Assembly (NCBI GenBank): GCA_965285935.1
Contig: OZ260664.1
Span: 48,608,001 to 48,672,000 of the forward strand
Source of the DNA: Ophelia neglecta
Lineage: Eukaryota
Direction of reading: 5' to 3'
DNA length: 64,000 nucleotides
Program-made: the position numbers and the translations under genes
Part shown: in pieces, positions 38,623 to 51,800 of the stretch
Position numbering within the stretch: the first letter of the stretch is position 1
How the letters are laid out: every line of letters begins with the position of its first letter
Notes under the pieces: generated by a model
Told to the model about the DNA's origin: nothing
What the model saw: the letters and a program-made list of their open reading frames with translations, nothing else
Database searches by the model: none

Positions 38623-38749
38623 TTTATATGACGCTCGAGTGAATTTTATGTTCCAGTAGCTTCCCACGTAGGCTATGTTAGCCTTTTAAAACTTTTTACG
38701 TTTCTTCATGCTACGTCACTTCCTTCTTGATATCAGTAATGACGTCATT
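38623..38749 (-). promoter_or_regulatory. DCST2 proximal promoter: TATA box plus CRE cluster
   Basis: TATAAA (minus, 38623-38628); half-CREs at 38629-38633 and 38714-38718; full CRE TGACGTCA at 38740-38747 inside the 12-bp palindrome AATGACGTCATT. Confidence 0.55.
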
Positions 38750-38769
38750 CGTGCAATATAAAGCTGCAG

Positions 38770-40388
38770 ACACTCATCATTTAAGAACAGATCATTAACT
38801 CAATCAACTGCACCGGCGTGCCACAGGGATTAAGTTCTGTCCCCTCTGTTTTTTTTACTTATTTACTTCAATGACATAGTTTAAAACACTCGCTGCGACG
38901 TGAATTTATTTGCTGACGGTGCATCACTGTTTTCAAGGGTCGAAACGGGTAACATGGCGGAGGCACGAAACCTTCTCAACCATGACCTTGGTCCGATTAT
39001 TAAATGGTTCCAACCTGGCACTTTGGACTTAATGTAGCTAAAACCAAATGTATCCATATTAGTAAAAAGAGTCCATCGCCGGCTAATTATACATTATTAT
39101 TAAACGATTCGAAAGTTAAATTCTCACAATGCATGATCATATAGCTGGTTATATTAAAACGCCGCCATACGCCTATATCTACTTCGTCTTCTCAAATATA
39201 AATGTTCTCGGAGAGGTAAGAATGTGCATACAAATCATTTTTGAGACCTGTCCTCGGCAAGTAAATATTATTTTTGACATTTGTGGGAACTACTTATGTA
39301 ACGACCTGGAATCTTTAAAGTTGTCTGCAGCAAGACTTGTCTCCGGTGCCCGTTGTGTTATTACATATCAGGATTTGCTCTCTGATGTGGGTTGGACTTC
39401 ACTCGCCGAAAGCCGTGCTCACTCCAAATTAATAAAGCTGCACAATATTTACTGTCACAGTGCACCCCATTATCTGATTACTCTTCTGCTAACCAAAATT
39501 AATCATGGTGCCAACTCACGTTCCACCACCTCAGTGAAAATTTCCCAGTTTAATTTATTATAGTCGGTTTTTTCCCTAATACAATTTCAATTTGGAAAAA
39601 AATGCCTGTGAAATAACAATCTCCTATTATACTCTCAACGCGTTTAAACGTAATCCTGCTCCTCCACCACGCAGTTACTTCCGCCTGGGTTCACGACCTA
39701 TTAATATCTATTTGTCCCAAATGAGACTAGGATGCAACGCTTAAAAATTTACATCCGATTAATTATCACTGCATTAATAGCCCATTGTGCCTTTGTGGTG
39801 AGGATTATGAGGCACCTTGTCGTTACTTTTTTCACATCAGTCGCTGTGGGGCCTCCATGGGCGCCATGCTCGACTTCTTTCAGACAAACGATATACACGC
39901 CTCGGATGTCCCTTTACTATCTGGTTCCAACGATAAAACCATAAACTCGATTTTGATTTATGTTCTAGAATCGTATATAGGCGGAACCGGGTGGTTTTAG
40001 TGTCGGCACATCGAAAGCAAGGGACAGAACTCGTAAATATATTTTTTCCGCATAGGCCTAGTTTCAAAACTTTATATAAAAACCTCACCAAACCATATGT
40101 ATATGTTGATATTATTTATCCGCTTCCACCTTTTATGTTTTATGTAATGCAAGCCAGTCAAGAGACTGGAAAAAACTGACCCCATTATGAAAGTGACCTT
40201 ACTAGACAGGTCAGTTAAGGCAAACATAAGTAGTGATCGGGGTATTATTCAATGACTTAAGTGGGAATGTGACCTTATTACACAGGTGACCACAAACATA
40301 GGATTCTCAGTAGTAGGAACTGAGGAAGGGGCCACTCGATTAGCCCTGCGCTACATGGTTAATACCAATAAAAATAGGTTTAAACCAA
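38770..40388 (+). mobile_element. 5'-truncated, decayed CR1-type LINE (RT C-half to 3' tail)
   Basis: GVPQG..SPLFF..YFNDI..VNLFADG; LNVAKTKC; AARLVSGA..L..VGWTSL..R..KL; LSQMRLGC; C.CG..E zinc-knuckle remnant; YI..TGWF*; 3' tail with hairpin and AATAAA at 40322-40388. Confidence 0.85.
40150..40312. mobile_element. Degraded Tc1/pogo-like MITE nested in the CR1 3' UTR
   Basis: Repeated GTGACC / AGACAGGT / CACAGGTGACC motifs and a right end resembling the 28918 family; the left TIR is eroded. Confidence 0.35.
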
Positions 40389-43300
40389 CTCCATCAGCTC
40401 TCATATTGTTGAGGTGCCCCTTTGTTTAAATCTTTTTGTTTCATTATTTTAATAGAGATTTATAATTTATCTTATTCGCCCTTTTTATTAATATGCATAT
40501 TTCACTTTAAAATTCCTAAATGAACAGGCATCCTACATAAAGGCTACATAATACTAAGTTGGAAAGTACTTGACGGAGGCCAGCTCAATTTTGGGTGATA
40601 GTTAGACCCAAATTCCACAAATGAGGGGTTTTCAAAACAGCTTTGTTAACCTGATTTCATATGCCGACAACTTTCTGCACTGTCATCTGGTTTATTGGCA
40701 AAAAGACACTTTTATGGCTGTTATAAAGTAGTAAATTTATCCCTATTAAAGAAACCTAGTAAGTACATGTGTGAGAAGAGCACAATATAATTATCAGGTA
40801 GATCTAACATTACTTCTACGGCGATGAAGAAATCAAATAGCTGAACCCAACAATCAGCAGCGTTGGAGTAGAGCCTATAAATTTCAAAGAGACGATTCTA
40901 TTGATGGTGATAACACAGTATGCAGAGGTTGGTCCGAGGTTTTCTTTTATTACCATCTCAAGTAGTGAGGGTTTGTCACGGACTTAGTGGGATTCATGTG
41001 ATAGGTGATGCGTGGTTCTTTACAAATGGTGGCCTTAATCTAATTTAAAGTAAACACTTTAACCTGGAATTTGAAATCAAGAACAATAAGCTTTTTTCCC
41101 ATTGTACACGAAGGGGTACCAGAACCGAAGCTTAAGACTACAGTTGGGTACACGTTCTTTTGCATGAGTTTTATTGAACTGTTGCATCTAATGTGCCTTT
41201 TGTTCTTCAAAGAAGTCAAATCAAAGACTCCAAGGACTCGGGCATTTGATCAACGTGTGTTAAGTCCAAGGTAAAAGAAGCCAGGAGCTGTACATCAAAG
41301 GTCCATTAGCTCATTAGCTAATTACCACACAATTCATCACGGGTGTATTTTATAGACCGGTATTTATAAACATGTAACCTGACAAAGGGCGCCGCGGCTC
41401 ATGCGAAGACACGTGCAACCTTGTAGCATCAAACCGTGTGGCGGCTATTACAGGTTGCAGTCAACTAACTAGCAAAGCAGAGATGCCCCCTGGACGGGGT
41501 TGTAAAGCGTTTAGGGCAATAATAAAGCTGGCCAAGCTGGCCTGTGATTGGCCAAAAAAGGCTTAAAACATATCCGGATTGTATGGATTTGTGTTAATAA
41601 TAAAATTTAGATGGTATGCTTATGAATAGTCAACAGTTTGTTAAACGGGATGGTTTGTTTTGGACTTAAGGGATTATGAAAGATACATGTGGATATTTAT
41701 GTGTTCATCTGTGCGATTTCGCCTCCACATTTAAAAAAAAACCAAGTAAAATCACCACTTTTTATTTCAGAAGCCTCTAGCAACAATTTTTCATACATCT
41801 TTTCCTATGCTGATTTTTTGATATTTTTCCTTATAACATAAACCTCATAAGGCATAACTGGTCGCTCTTTGCCGATGAAAGAGATAGGAGAGATATTTAG
41901 CTCGCTGCAATCTGCAGTTTTGACGTTTTTATCTTCCCAAGTCCGGAACCAGTATGGTGCAACCGGAAATAGGCCAGTTAACAAACTCGTGAAAAGCCTC
42001 TGTGAAACCTCGAAACTCGGGTCTGAGACAATGGTCTCAGCTACGCGCGATCAGCTCTCCTGTTGTAATTAATTGTTATTGCTACCCTAGATCCGAGGCT
42101 CTGCCTTTATGATATTGGTATACGGGTCTATAGATGATTTGCCAGCTTTGCTTGATGTTCCATAGTCTATTAAATTGCAAATACATGTCGGTAAGAGCCT
42201 CGCTCCGTGAGGGTGGACCCACCCTAGAGCTACGCTTGATAGATATATTCCCGTCTTTTAACGTTTCCCAGGTCATCTTCAACTCCCAATGGCGTTCAAC
42301 ATCCAATTACTCATCCAACACAGGAGTTAATTTTGTAGAGTTGCTTTAAGTTCATCCCTGATGACGAATTCTTTTTTAGCACGGAATCTGCATGACTTGT
42401 GATTGATTTGGCTAATTGGCGTGGTCATCTGGATTTTCCAACCACCTAACTGCCTTGATTGTGTATATTATAACGGCTGCCTGCCTCGGCATTATCCTTT
42501 TTTCGTATGTCCTGGAAAGGAAATGACCGTTGCATTCGTATGTTTATTGCCCCAGGCAGGTCTGACTGACAGTGTCTCAGTTGTTCAGGTGTCGGTGTGG
42601 TATTTTTTTCTGACGGCTTCTGACGAGTGTCGTCTCCTGTACTTTACAAATAATGAGCAATGCGAGAACCTCATCTTAGCATTCCATAACCTCTTTCCAT
42701 AAATTGGTTTCTCGCAAAAAATATTGTGATCAAACGTACATGTGTTTTGCATTCGGTCTAATTAGTCAAATATCTGAAGTATAATGGAGTTACAATATAT
42801 ATATAGTTGTATCACTTGTTCTTTGCAGAAAAGGATATCGCTCCTTACAACCTAGCTCCAGTCATTTGTGGGTCAATGATACACATATAGTTGAATTAGC
42901 AATTAATGGGCGAAATTAGGAAAAACATCCAACAAACTTTTTTTTATTGCAATGAGCATGAAAATAATGTCAAAATTGCCTGAAACCATACGAGATTTTG
43001 AGATCGCCAAAATACATATGCCATTTTTAGTTCGGTTGGGCGAAATTATCCGGTGGGCGAAATTTGCCCCCTCCCCCATCATAACTGTAAGACCAACTGT
43101 TCACGACTACACACTCGGGCAGAACTGGCGCTTTATATCCGTATCCAAAACCTCTTCTTACAGCCAAGGTCGTATTTATATCCTCTCTATCTTCTTTTCA
43201 AGAATTTCTTGCTAAAATTATGCTAATTAACACGTCATGTTATGACAGTATAAAAATATCGGTAAATGCGTCAAGGTGTGCATCTGTCCATTCACAGTTA

Positions 43301-43960
43301 ATTGACTATTTTAAAAACAGAGTGGAAATATCTGACCTTGGCCGGAAGGAACCATTTGGGACGCGCAGTTGGCGCAGCAGTTATTCCCAATGCAATAAGT
43401 ATGCAGCGAAAACAAGTTAAACGTTATGCGGGGAGAAAAAGCAAACGGAAACATAATGTGCTCATGAGAATTTGAGGCACTTTCGACACTATAAAATTGG
43501 TTATATGGGGTTATTTTTTTGTACAGACGGGTTTTGTTTTTTAAAACGAGGCGTGGTAGAGTTTTTCTTGTCATTGCAAGGGACCAAAATGCCATGATTT
43601 GACAAGGTGTTATCCTCCCCGACTACTGATTATGTTCAACATCTAACATTCTATTATTGCCACTGTGAGCAGGGTATAAACTACATTTCTCGAGTACATT
43701 CAAACTTGAAAGGGCAGTCTGTTCTGACCCCTTTAAAAAGAACCAAGTTACTTGGACATTCAAACAGGGAAACTGTTAAAAATCGAATGACAGTGTCTTC
43801 TGAACCCTCCAGGAAATAATTAGATAATATAATAAACGCCTACGGTCGAGAACACAAACACTTCCTGTGATGGCACAAAACCGGAAACGGCAGCAGGTCA
43901 GGAGTTGACCTAAAAACGGAAAATTGTCTAAGAACTGACAATATTCTAATGAAGTAACCG

Positions 43961-44103
43961 NNNNNNNNNNNNNNNNNNNNNNNNNNNNNNNNNNNNNNNN
44001 NNNNNNNNNNNNNNNNNNNNNNNNNNNNNNNNNNNNNNNNNNNNNNNNNNNNNNNNNNNNNNNNNNNNNNNNNNNNNNNNNNNNNNNNNNNNNNNNNNNN
44101 NNN
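43961..44103. other. Assembly gap (143 N)
   Basis: Run of N. Confidence 1.
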
Positions 44104-45331
44104 CTAATCTAGGTACAAAAACCAATGTATGCAGGTCAGTAATATCACCCTAGTTCCAGTTATAAAACAAGAACCCATTACTTTCCGTCTGCGAGGCTAA
44201 AGCATTATATATGGTAAAACCGTTCTAACAAAGGGCCTGATGCCCGAATGATTTACAAGCAAAGCTAAGCAGACCTGTCGGGCCTCCCACATGCTTTAAG
44301 CAAAACTCTGCTATGACGCAACGTTTTGCTAAGACTAGTTAATTGTTTCATTCTTTTTCCTAACTCCAATGGCATGCGGCACGCGCGTTTGCTCCATTTA
44401 TGGAGAGTATAGATTTACGGAGGCCGGCCGCTAGTCCTATCCTTGCGTGTGTCGATTTATCATCGACAAGTGATATTGACAAGAGCTATAGCAACCGGAA
44501 GGCAAACATTTCCCAAGGTATTATTAGAATTCATGCTTGAAAATATGTGTAACTGCCATTAATTTGAAACATTCTATTTGGACATTGATAGTCATGTAGA
44601 ACGCTCTCCAACAGCATTGGTAATGCATTTTTAGGGGTAATTTGTCCCACGACAAAAACTACTTTTGAGGGAAATTTGACAAGGGAAAGGCTACTCTCAA
44701 AATAAATAAATTAACTATTTCAGAGGAACCCAGTTTCCTTTGGTGATAGGCAAACTCAGGTACTCAGGGTGTGCAACCAAATTCCAGAGTAAAAATTCTA
44801 CAGTAAAGTGGTGCTGCACATTTATAATTGCGGCATTAATAGATATGGGCCTATAAATGGTAAAATAATATAGACCTTCTATCCCTTAATTCCTTCCCCC
44901 CCCCCTTCCCCCTGCTTAGATAGATCCAGCACACAAAAAAAGCTGCATCAAGAAGAATTAATTCTTTGCCCGTCTCCCCAGAGGCCAATTGTTTTAAACA
45001 ACTAACTGTAGATTCTAAAGGCCACAAGGGTGAGACCATTCAACCCGGAGGTGGTGGTGGTAAGGGTGGGGGTGGGAGGGGTATGATATATACATATGGA
45101 TAATGGGCAAAAATCCATAATCGTGATCTGACTGTTGCTGATGCTATTAACTTTTTAATGGTACATGATGCGCCAATGCAAACTACCGAGAATGGTTCCG
45201 GCCCCCGGGGATTGGAGGGGGATAAGTTTATTTTAGGGTGGGGGTATTTCCCATAGCTTTAAATACGGGGCCATGCCTTGTAAACGCTGTAAATAACTAT
45301 AATATGAGTTAAAAGAAAGAAAAGATTGATA

Positions 45332-45410
45332 GCAAGAAGAGGATCGAACCCGAGAGGTCAAAAGCAGTGTGCAGATTGTCTATGCTCTAGCGACTGAGCA
45401 ACTGATTCCG
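45332..45410 (-). mobile_element. tRNA-derived Pol III (SINE-head-like) sequence
   Basis: Minus strand A-box TTGCTCAGTCG (45391-45401) and B-box GGTTCGATCC (45341-45350) at tRNA-like spacing; no intact cloverleaf. Confidence 0.55.
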
Positions 45411-46527
45411 CTCGGTTGAGTAAGGTATTTAGAAGGTTGTTTTCAGCCCTCTCCTGGCGCGGATGCGACGATGCGGCGTAAAGCACGGACAGCCTAGCCA
45501 GTCAAACAGAGGCGTCGGACACCGTGACAAATTATTAATTGCTTTTTTCCCTAGCGTCTCGATTTTTTAACTCGCTTCTGGACTTTCCATCTCGCCCCTC
45601 GCTTTTTCAAATCGCTCCTCGCTTAACAAATTTTTTAAATTCCTTTTTGGAAAAAGTCGTGTAAAAGATGCCCTTTAAAACCTAGCTCCCCTGGTTACAT
45701 ACAGGAGAACCGCAGTCGGGGGAAAAACCACGGTGTTAAAGATTGATTCCATGTATGTGTTAATGCGCATCTTTTCTACGCTGCAAACAATGTCACTGCA
45801 CTTCTTTAAATTGGCCAAATGAGAAGAGTTACCTCAGGGACTAAACGTTCCGTCAACTGATAGTAAGATCAAACTGCTGCGTCTTCATTTCGTGAAAATA
45901 TCTCCTAGTTCCCCTCGGAGATTGCATTTAACATGACATGCCAATGGGTCCCCAAAATTTTGTCTGTTTTCCTCTTTTATTTTCAAATATTCCAATGGTT
46001 TTGACTTCTGCAAGGACCTTTTACACCACTCCCTAGTCTTATGTTTATTGAGACAAGCTCATAAGCAGCTTCTAAAATTATGTGCGAACTTGCCCCATCA
46101 TAGTCATTCCAGGGGCATATTTCATTGCTGTCCTACGTTGGCCGCTAACTTGTGTGTTTTTACTGTTTGGGAGCTGACGTTTGATGTATGTTAATGTGGG
46201 CCTGTGGTTGCTACCTGAGGCTGCTCGTTCCTAAAGAAATATATATTATTTATATAACGTAGTATTCGTCCATTGGACGTACATAAAACGCAAATTTAGG
46301 TAGTGAAAGGCAAACCACTGGACAACTTGTCGCTCAAACACAAACCTGACTATTGCCCTCATTTCCGGTTTTCTCCAAATGAATGGATCAATACATCTCC
46401 AGTCTTCTGAGCAGAAAACTGATAATATCTCTCATTTCCGCTTTGCCAGAAACAACAGGACATTATTCCATGTTAAAAGCTAATGATATATCGTCGAGAA
46501 AACATCATACATGTAGCTTGAATTTGG

Positions 46528-46587
46528 TGATATAAGATATAAGGAGATATAAGATATAAGGTGATAAAAGACATAAGGTGATATAAG
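46528..46587. repeat. Degenerate 17-bp minisatellite
   Basis: About 3.5 copies of GTGATATAAGATATAAG. Confidence 0.75.
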
Positions 46588-48039
46588 GATAGGATGAAGA
46601 CTTGTGTTTTTCTCCGCCAATGAACCATTTTCTCAGTTTTCATATTACCGCAAAATTATTTGATTATGCTGCTTTTCATCATGAATGTTTCCCTGATAAA
46701 AAGTAATCCAGCGATGGTTTACTATAATGATTTAGAGACAAATATCTTGACCTGTATTGGTGGCTTCTCTTTTTCATAGTAAATACTTCCATTCCTAATG
46801 GATAATATATTGAGAATGTAATAATCTACATGGATACACCCTCTAAGAGTTAGAGAAGGTATGGTTGTTTTATTTATTTATAATGGATAAAATAATGGAT
46901 AAAATAATGTAAACAACTGTTCTTTCTTTTTAAAAGTAAACACCGCCAAACGCCGTTCCTTCTCGAACGTATACACAAACCAGCTCATACAACATATCAT
47001 ATTCAATGTCACGATCCAAGTTTAAACAATATGTAATCCGGTAACTGGCTGTCCAGTTAGATAATTCGGTGAATATTGCTGGGAGCTAAACGAAAGAAAC
47101 TTAATTCATTTTATATGGTCTGGCAACATATCAATCGCTAATCTCTACATCAGATCTATCACATAACACCGCTACAAATACATGTATATATTGGCTGTAC
47201 ATGTACAAATGTCACCAATTAATAGTCAGCCTTGATAGACGTTGATCTCATACTAGCCAGCTGAAGAGAGTGAAGATTGGTCGTATCGCCAGAATCGTTC
47301 CGGGCGAAGAATGACAAAAAACGTTACATGCAAACGTTACAGCCTTTCCCTTCTCTAATGAAAGTGACTTAATAAGTTGGACATGTTTTCCATGAATTGT
47401 ATTCGGGCAGTTTGTCAAGATTCCTCATTAGCGGACTTGCTCTAAGCCCTCAATATGGAATCACAAACGTGACTTGGGCGAGATTTGCCTCAGCAGCTAT
47501 GACATATTAACCCGATACCATTTGTAAGGTCATCAAAAGGAAAAAGGAGTGGTCAGGAGCATTCCAGGACACCGTTAGATACTAAATCTAGGTTTCTCAT
47601 CAGCATTAGAAATACTCAACAAACCATAAGCACCAGAATTTAGTTTATCTTGCCGTTTTAATATGGCAAAACGAAAACCGTTTCCATTTGGGTGGTACAT
47701 TATGCATAATGTTACCTCTCAATTGCATAGATGTACGTGGGCAAATATCCTTGCCTATGTAAATATACACACATTGCCCCCATGGTGACAATAAATGTAT
47801 CAAGTGTTATACTGGCAGAAACAAATCTTAATTAAATCTTTTATATTCACCATAGCTTTAAAAGTCATAATACCTGCCGGAGGCATGCGTCTACATCTTA
47901 GTCGACTTAGTCTAGGCCATTTTCAAACTATAACCAGTATGAAGTCATCACCCCAATCAACCTCTGAAGATGGTAGTCTGAAAACGACTAAGGCACCTTA
48001 AGCATAAATTTGTTGTTCGGAGTCTGCCCTTGGTGGCAT

Positions 48040-48350
48040 TATTCAAAAGTGGGTGTTGATCAATAATATCTTAATATTAGATTGATGTTTTTGTCTTGAC
48101 CTAAGATGTTTGATGCGTATTTTAGTATGCTCCGGCTTGATGTGTGGGCTCGTGACTGCTGGGTCCGGATGATTACATACCGATATAATGGGCTTTGTGA
48201 TAAATGATGTTGTTGTGGCTAGCGGGTATCCGTTTTTCCTCTGTATAACATATCTAACGACACGGGTAGATATATTATTTGTTTTGTTTTTTCGTGGAAA
48301 GGGTCACACTGAGCTATCACCAGGACTGTGGCTTTATGAATGACAGAGTA
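48040..48350 (-). mobile_element. Possible Penelope-like element fossil
   Basis: Minus strand RKNGYP...FI.K then SPHIK..TKIR, resembling the PLE thumb/linker (NGYP..FI; LPYI..SEKI); heavily decayed. Confidence 0.25.
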
Positions 48351-51306
48351 GGACTTACTTTAAAGGTTAGATATTCAGGCCGTGGACCCGGAGCAGCCGA
48401 ATCTTAGACCATGTTTGTTTGGGGCTATTGATTAATACTATGTGACCACAGGGGATATTTCTCAGGTTATAGACACTCCTATTGGCCGGTAATTACAATC
48501 TATACCACAGCCTTTGAAAATGTGTTTTTATTAAACATCATGCAGAGGAAGAATAGAGGAATACAACAAGTAACTCAATAAGGCATATTCTCAGGGTTCA
48601 GTGAAAATCATATAACAAATATAATGATAACCTTACTTGAGGGGGTGTTCTGAAACTAAAGAAGTAGAACGGGTAAACATTTGAACTGAGTATGTGCAAA
48701 TAATGATAAATATATGATAAATAAATAGAAAATAGACATCTGGTAGTTGTGGGCACGGTCTTGACAATAAGAGCGCGAAACACGCATGCTATTTGTGTTA
48801 AGTAAAACCCTGAGCAGTTAAACAATAATTAAATATCAGCTCTACTTAAAGTAACTGTAAACCTTGTGAATCTTCGTAAAAGTACAGCAATGAATATTTG
48901 TCACTGGCAATTTATGTTGAGTTCATCCGGTCAATATAAAAATCTCGGGTGGTTTGAAGTGAAAATCATTGATAACGTGAGGGTTTGTAACCCACCTTCA
49001 TTTTCATTTCCAATGACATTACAGGGAAAGGAATTACAAACCTTATTAATCAAGTAATAAAATCTCCAGTCATGATCTGAGACAAATGCACACTTCTAAG
49101 CACATGATCGGTGCGTACATTATGGGACCCGCTGTAGGCGTTATTGCGAATTATTATGGAAGCATTGCCAAGTAGATATTTGGGCATAGTCTTCGCAGTA
49201 GATTAATTCAAGTGAAGAAGTCTACTCGTACCACCAATGCCGTCAACAGCGCCGCTCGAAATCATTAAAAAACAATTGCTCGCAATCATTAAGCATTTTT
49301 TTTGCTTCAGGGGTCATTTTTGTCTAATTTTGTATACTCTTGTTGTTATTAATAAAAAAAAACTATTAAATTGGTCACAGATCACCATTGAGTTTGGTAA
49401 ACAGCTAAGCTGTGCTTTTTCCAAGCGTGACCATTAACCAATGACTGGTCATTGGCTTGAGAGTATCCCATCGTTCATCTCTGCGTTTTTTAAAAGTCAC
49501 GTGATCCAAGTTAAATTTTACCGATAAATGTCACACACCACATAGTGATGAATTTTCGGTGGTATAGATTCGATCTGCACAAACGTTGGATTGGTGTAAC
49601 TTACACACATATATTGTATTTACTGTTTTAATATAACTGCCATTGTCAATTGGATATCTGTTCATTTATTTATTAGATCTGATAGGATTATATAGGCAAT
49701 CAATACAAGAACAATAGCAATTACTGACATGAAATATCAACTCGATGGCACTAACATTAAACACTCGGTATTGCTTATTGTCAATTGCAATTTCACAAAC
49801 AACCTTTTGCCCGGTTTCAATCAGCAGGAACTGTTCACCTCGTCTCCTAAGTCAATAAACAGCGAGGACAGAACTATGCCTCACATAGTTATTGCTAATT
49901 TCCAGAAGTCCGACGACATTATTATGATTATCTGACAAAGGGTATGTACTGTGTCTGTCGTTTTTGTTCTAGGTTTCATATATCATGTCTAAGGCACTCG
50001 GTAGTATTATAAACAGTGCATGCTTTCTGGGAGCATCTTCGACAGTACAAAAAAAAACTCTCGAAAGCATTCAACACGTGATCGCCAAATTATGTCCTAT
50101 GCACATTATCGTTTGGGCCTTACCTTCTTCACTTTGTTTAGTCTTTCGGTATTCAAAATAAGGTTTTGGTCATTTGCCGCTGGATGATTTAATGTGTTCA
50201 TATTGCACATGTCTATAGACGGTCCACAGCTGATTTAGATATAGAACATGGAACCGGCATAAATGAGACATCACTGTCGAATGACGAATGCCACCAGGTG
50301 TCCAATATTAAACTCGTCGAACGACAGACATGCTATGATGAAAATATCAACACTTCGGGCACATATTTCTATGTGTTGATTTAATTTGTATGTCGTAGTT
50401 TCACTTTTATTTTGCACATCGTGCAATTTAGACAAAACAATCGTGCATGACAGCTCCGGAAGAAACCTGAAGGTCAGACTTTCATCGGTGTTAAAGTAGT
50501 CATCTGGTAGAACGAAGTCCTTTAGAAACGTCTAGATTAGCTTCATTGTGGGAATAATCAAATTAGAAAGGTTGCGTTGTATCAGTTAGAAGCTTACCTT
50601 ATGGGTTATATCAACCTGTGTACACAGTGTACTAAGCCAATGACAATAATGTATTCTTTGAAAACCACCTTTAAAAAAACATATCAAAATATATTCAAAC
50701 TGGTCTTCATAGGCTAAATATATATGTATATAAACCAATAACCATGGCATATATGTACCGTTGTTAAAGCTAATAATATGAGAAATATGAGAAGGCGATG
50801 ACATATGCTATCACTGAAAATAAACCATTTGTCTACGACCAATATCATCCCGAAGTCTGAAGCAAATTATACCTTGCGCAAAAATTCCAAAATATCAGCG
50901 AAGAGACATTTTATTCAAGAAGACAGAGAAGTAGAAGTATGCTCAATCATTTTTGATAGCCACCTGAGCCCTCAGCAGACGATTCCGTTAAAAGAGAACG
51001 TTTTATTGTTGTGAAGTCAGTCCTATTCTCCTATGCATAGGCCAATTTATTGCCCGTAGGTACCACCAAGTGCATCAAATTCAAATCCAGACTTTGATTA
51101 AATTGATAATTAATATCGTACTACTTTGATATAATGTTTCCGTCATATTATTGGTCTATTTTTCCATATAAATTGGAAACCGTTTATATTCCTCGAGATT
51201 TCCTACGCTAATTCATGCAGTCTGCCAGTTTAACCCAATATGGAGAACCGAACAGTTCTCCTCCGTTGTTCTATTCCTTCAATATAGTTTGAAGGAACCT
51301 TCAAAT

Positions 51307-51343
51307 GTCTCGCGAGACGAGACGTTGAAGCGCAGACTTCCGG
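51307..51343. promoter_or_regulatory. Candidate CpG-type core promoter motifs
   Basis: Palindrome GTCTCGCGAGAC (BANP/ZBTB33 'CGCG' motif) at 51307-51318 and ETS site ACTTCCGG at 51336-51343. Confidence 0.4.
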
Positions 51344-51539
51344 ACATTTATTCATATAATTTTCCAATATGTTACCAATATGGCAATGTTAGTCAGTTAT
51401 TCACTATAGTATTGTGTGGTTTATTGTGGAATTGTGATGATTGAGTGCGCTATAATTCAGATACAATAAGAGTAAATGTCTAATTTGAGCCTTATTTATG
51501 TTTATATTTATTCAAGTAACCATGTTTTGTGGTTGTTTT

Positions 51540-51800
51540 GGATCACCTTTTGGGGATTCCTACTTCACCATACTATCAAGTACATAAACTGAAACATCGA
51601 GATGCTGAAGGTGTGTTTAAACAATTTTACACATTTGATAAAGTAATCAGCTACAAATTCATATTAAAGAGAAACGTTAAACTTTACTATGTTACCTTAT
51701 TATATATGTCATTTAATATTAATCTGTATTGTTATTGAGGAGAGACCGCTCGATTAGCCTAGCGCTACTCGGTCAATCCAAATAAATATGTTTAAACCAA
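51540..51800 (+). mobile_element. Short 3' fragment of a CR1-type LINE
   Basis: Tail GAGGAGAGACCGCTCGATTAGCCTAGCGCTACTCGGTC..AATAAATATGTTTAAACCAA is homologous to 40322-40388. Confidence 0.6.

Noticed and set aside
42100-42300. Kinase-like fragments (LKDGNI..; LIDYG) on the minus strand
   Set aside because: The fragments are in different frames, lack the HxD motif and have no other kinase subdomains or splice context.
47960-48000. CTGAAGA followed by hairpin TAGTC..GACTA as a second hammerhead
   Set aside because: No GAAA core after stem II and no stem I or III found.
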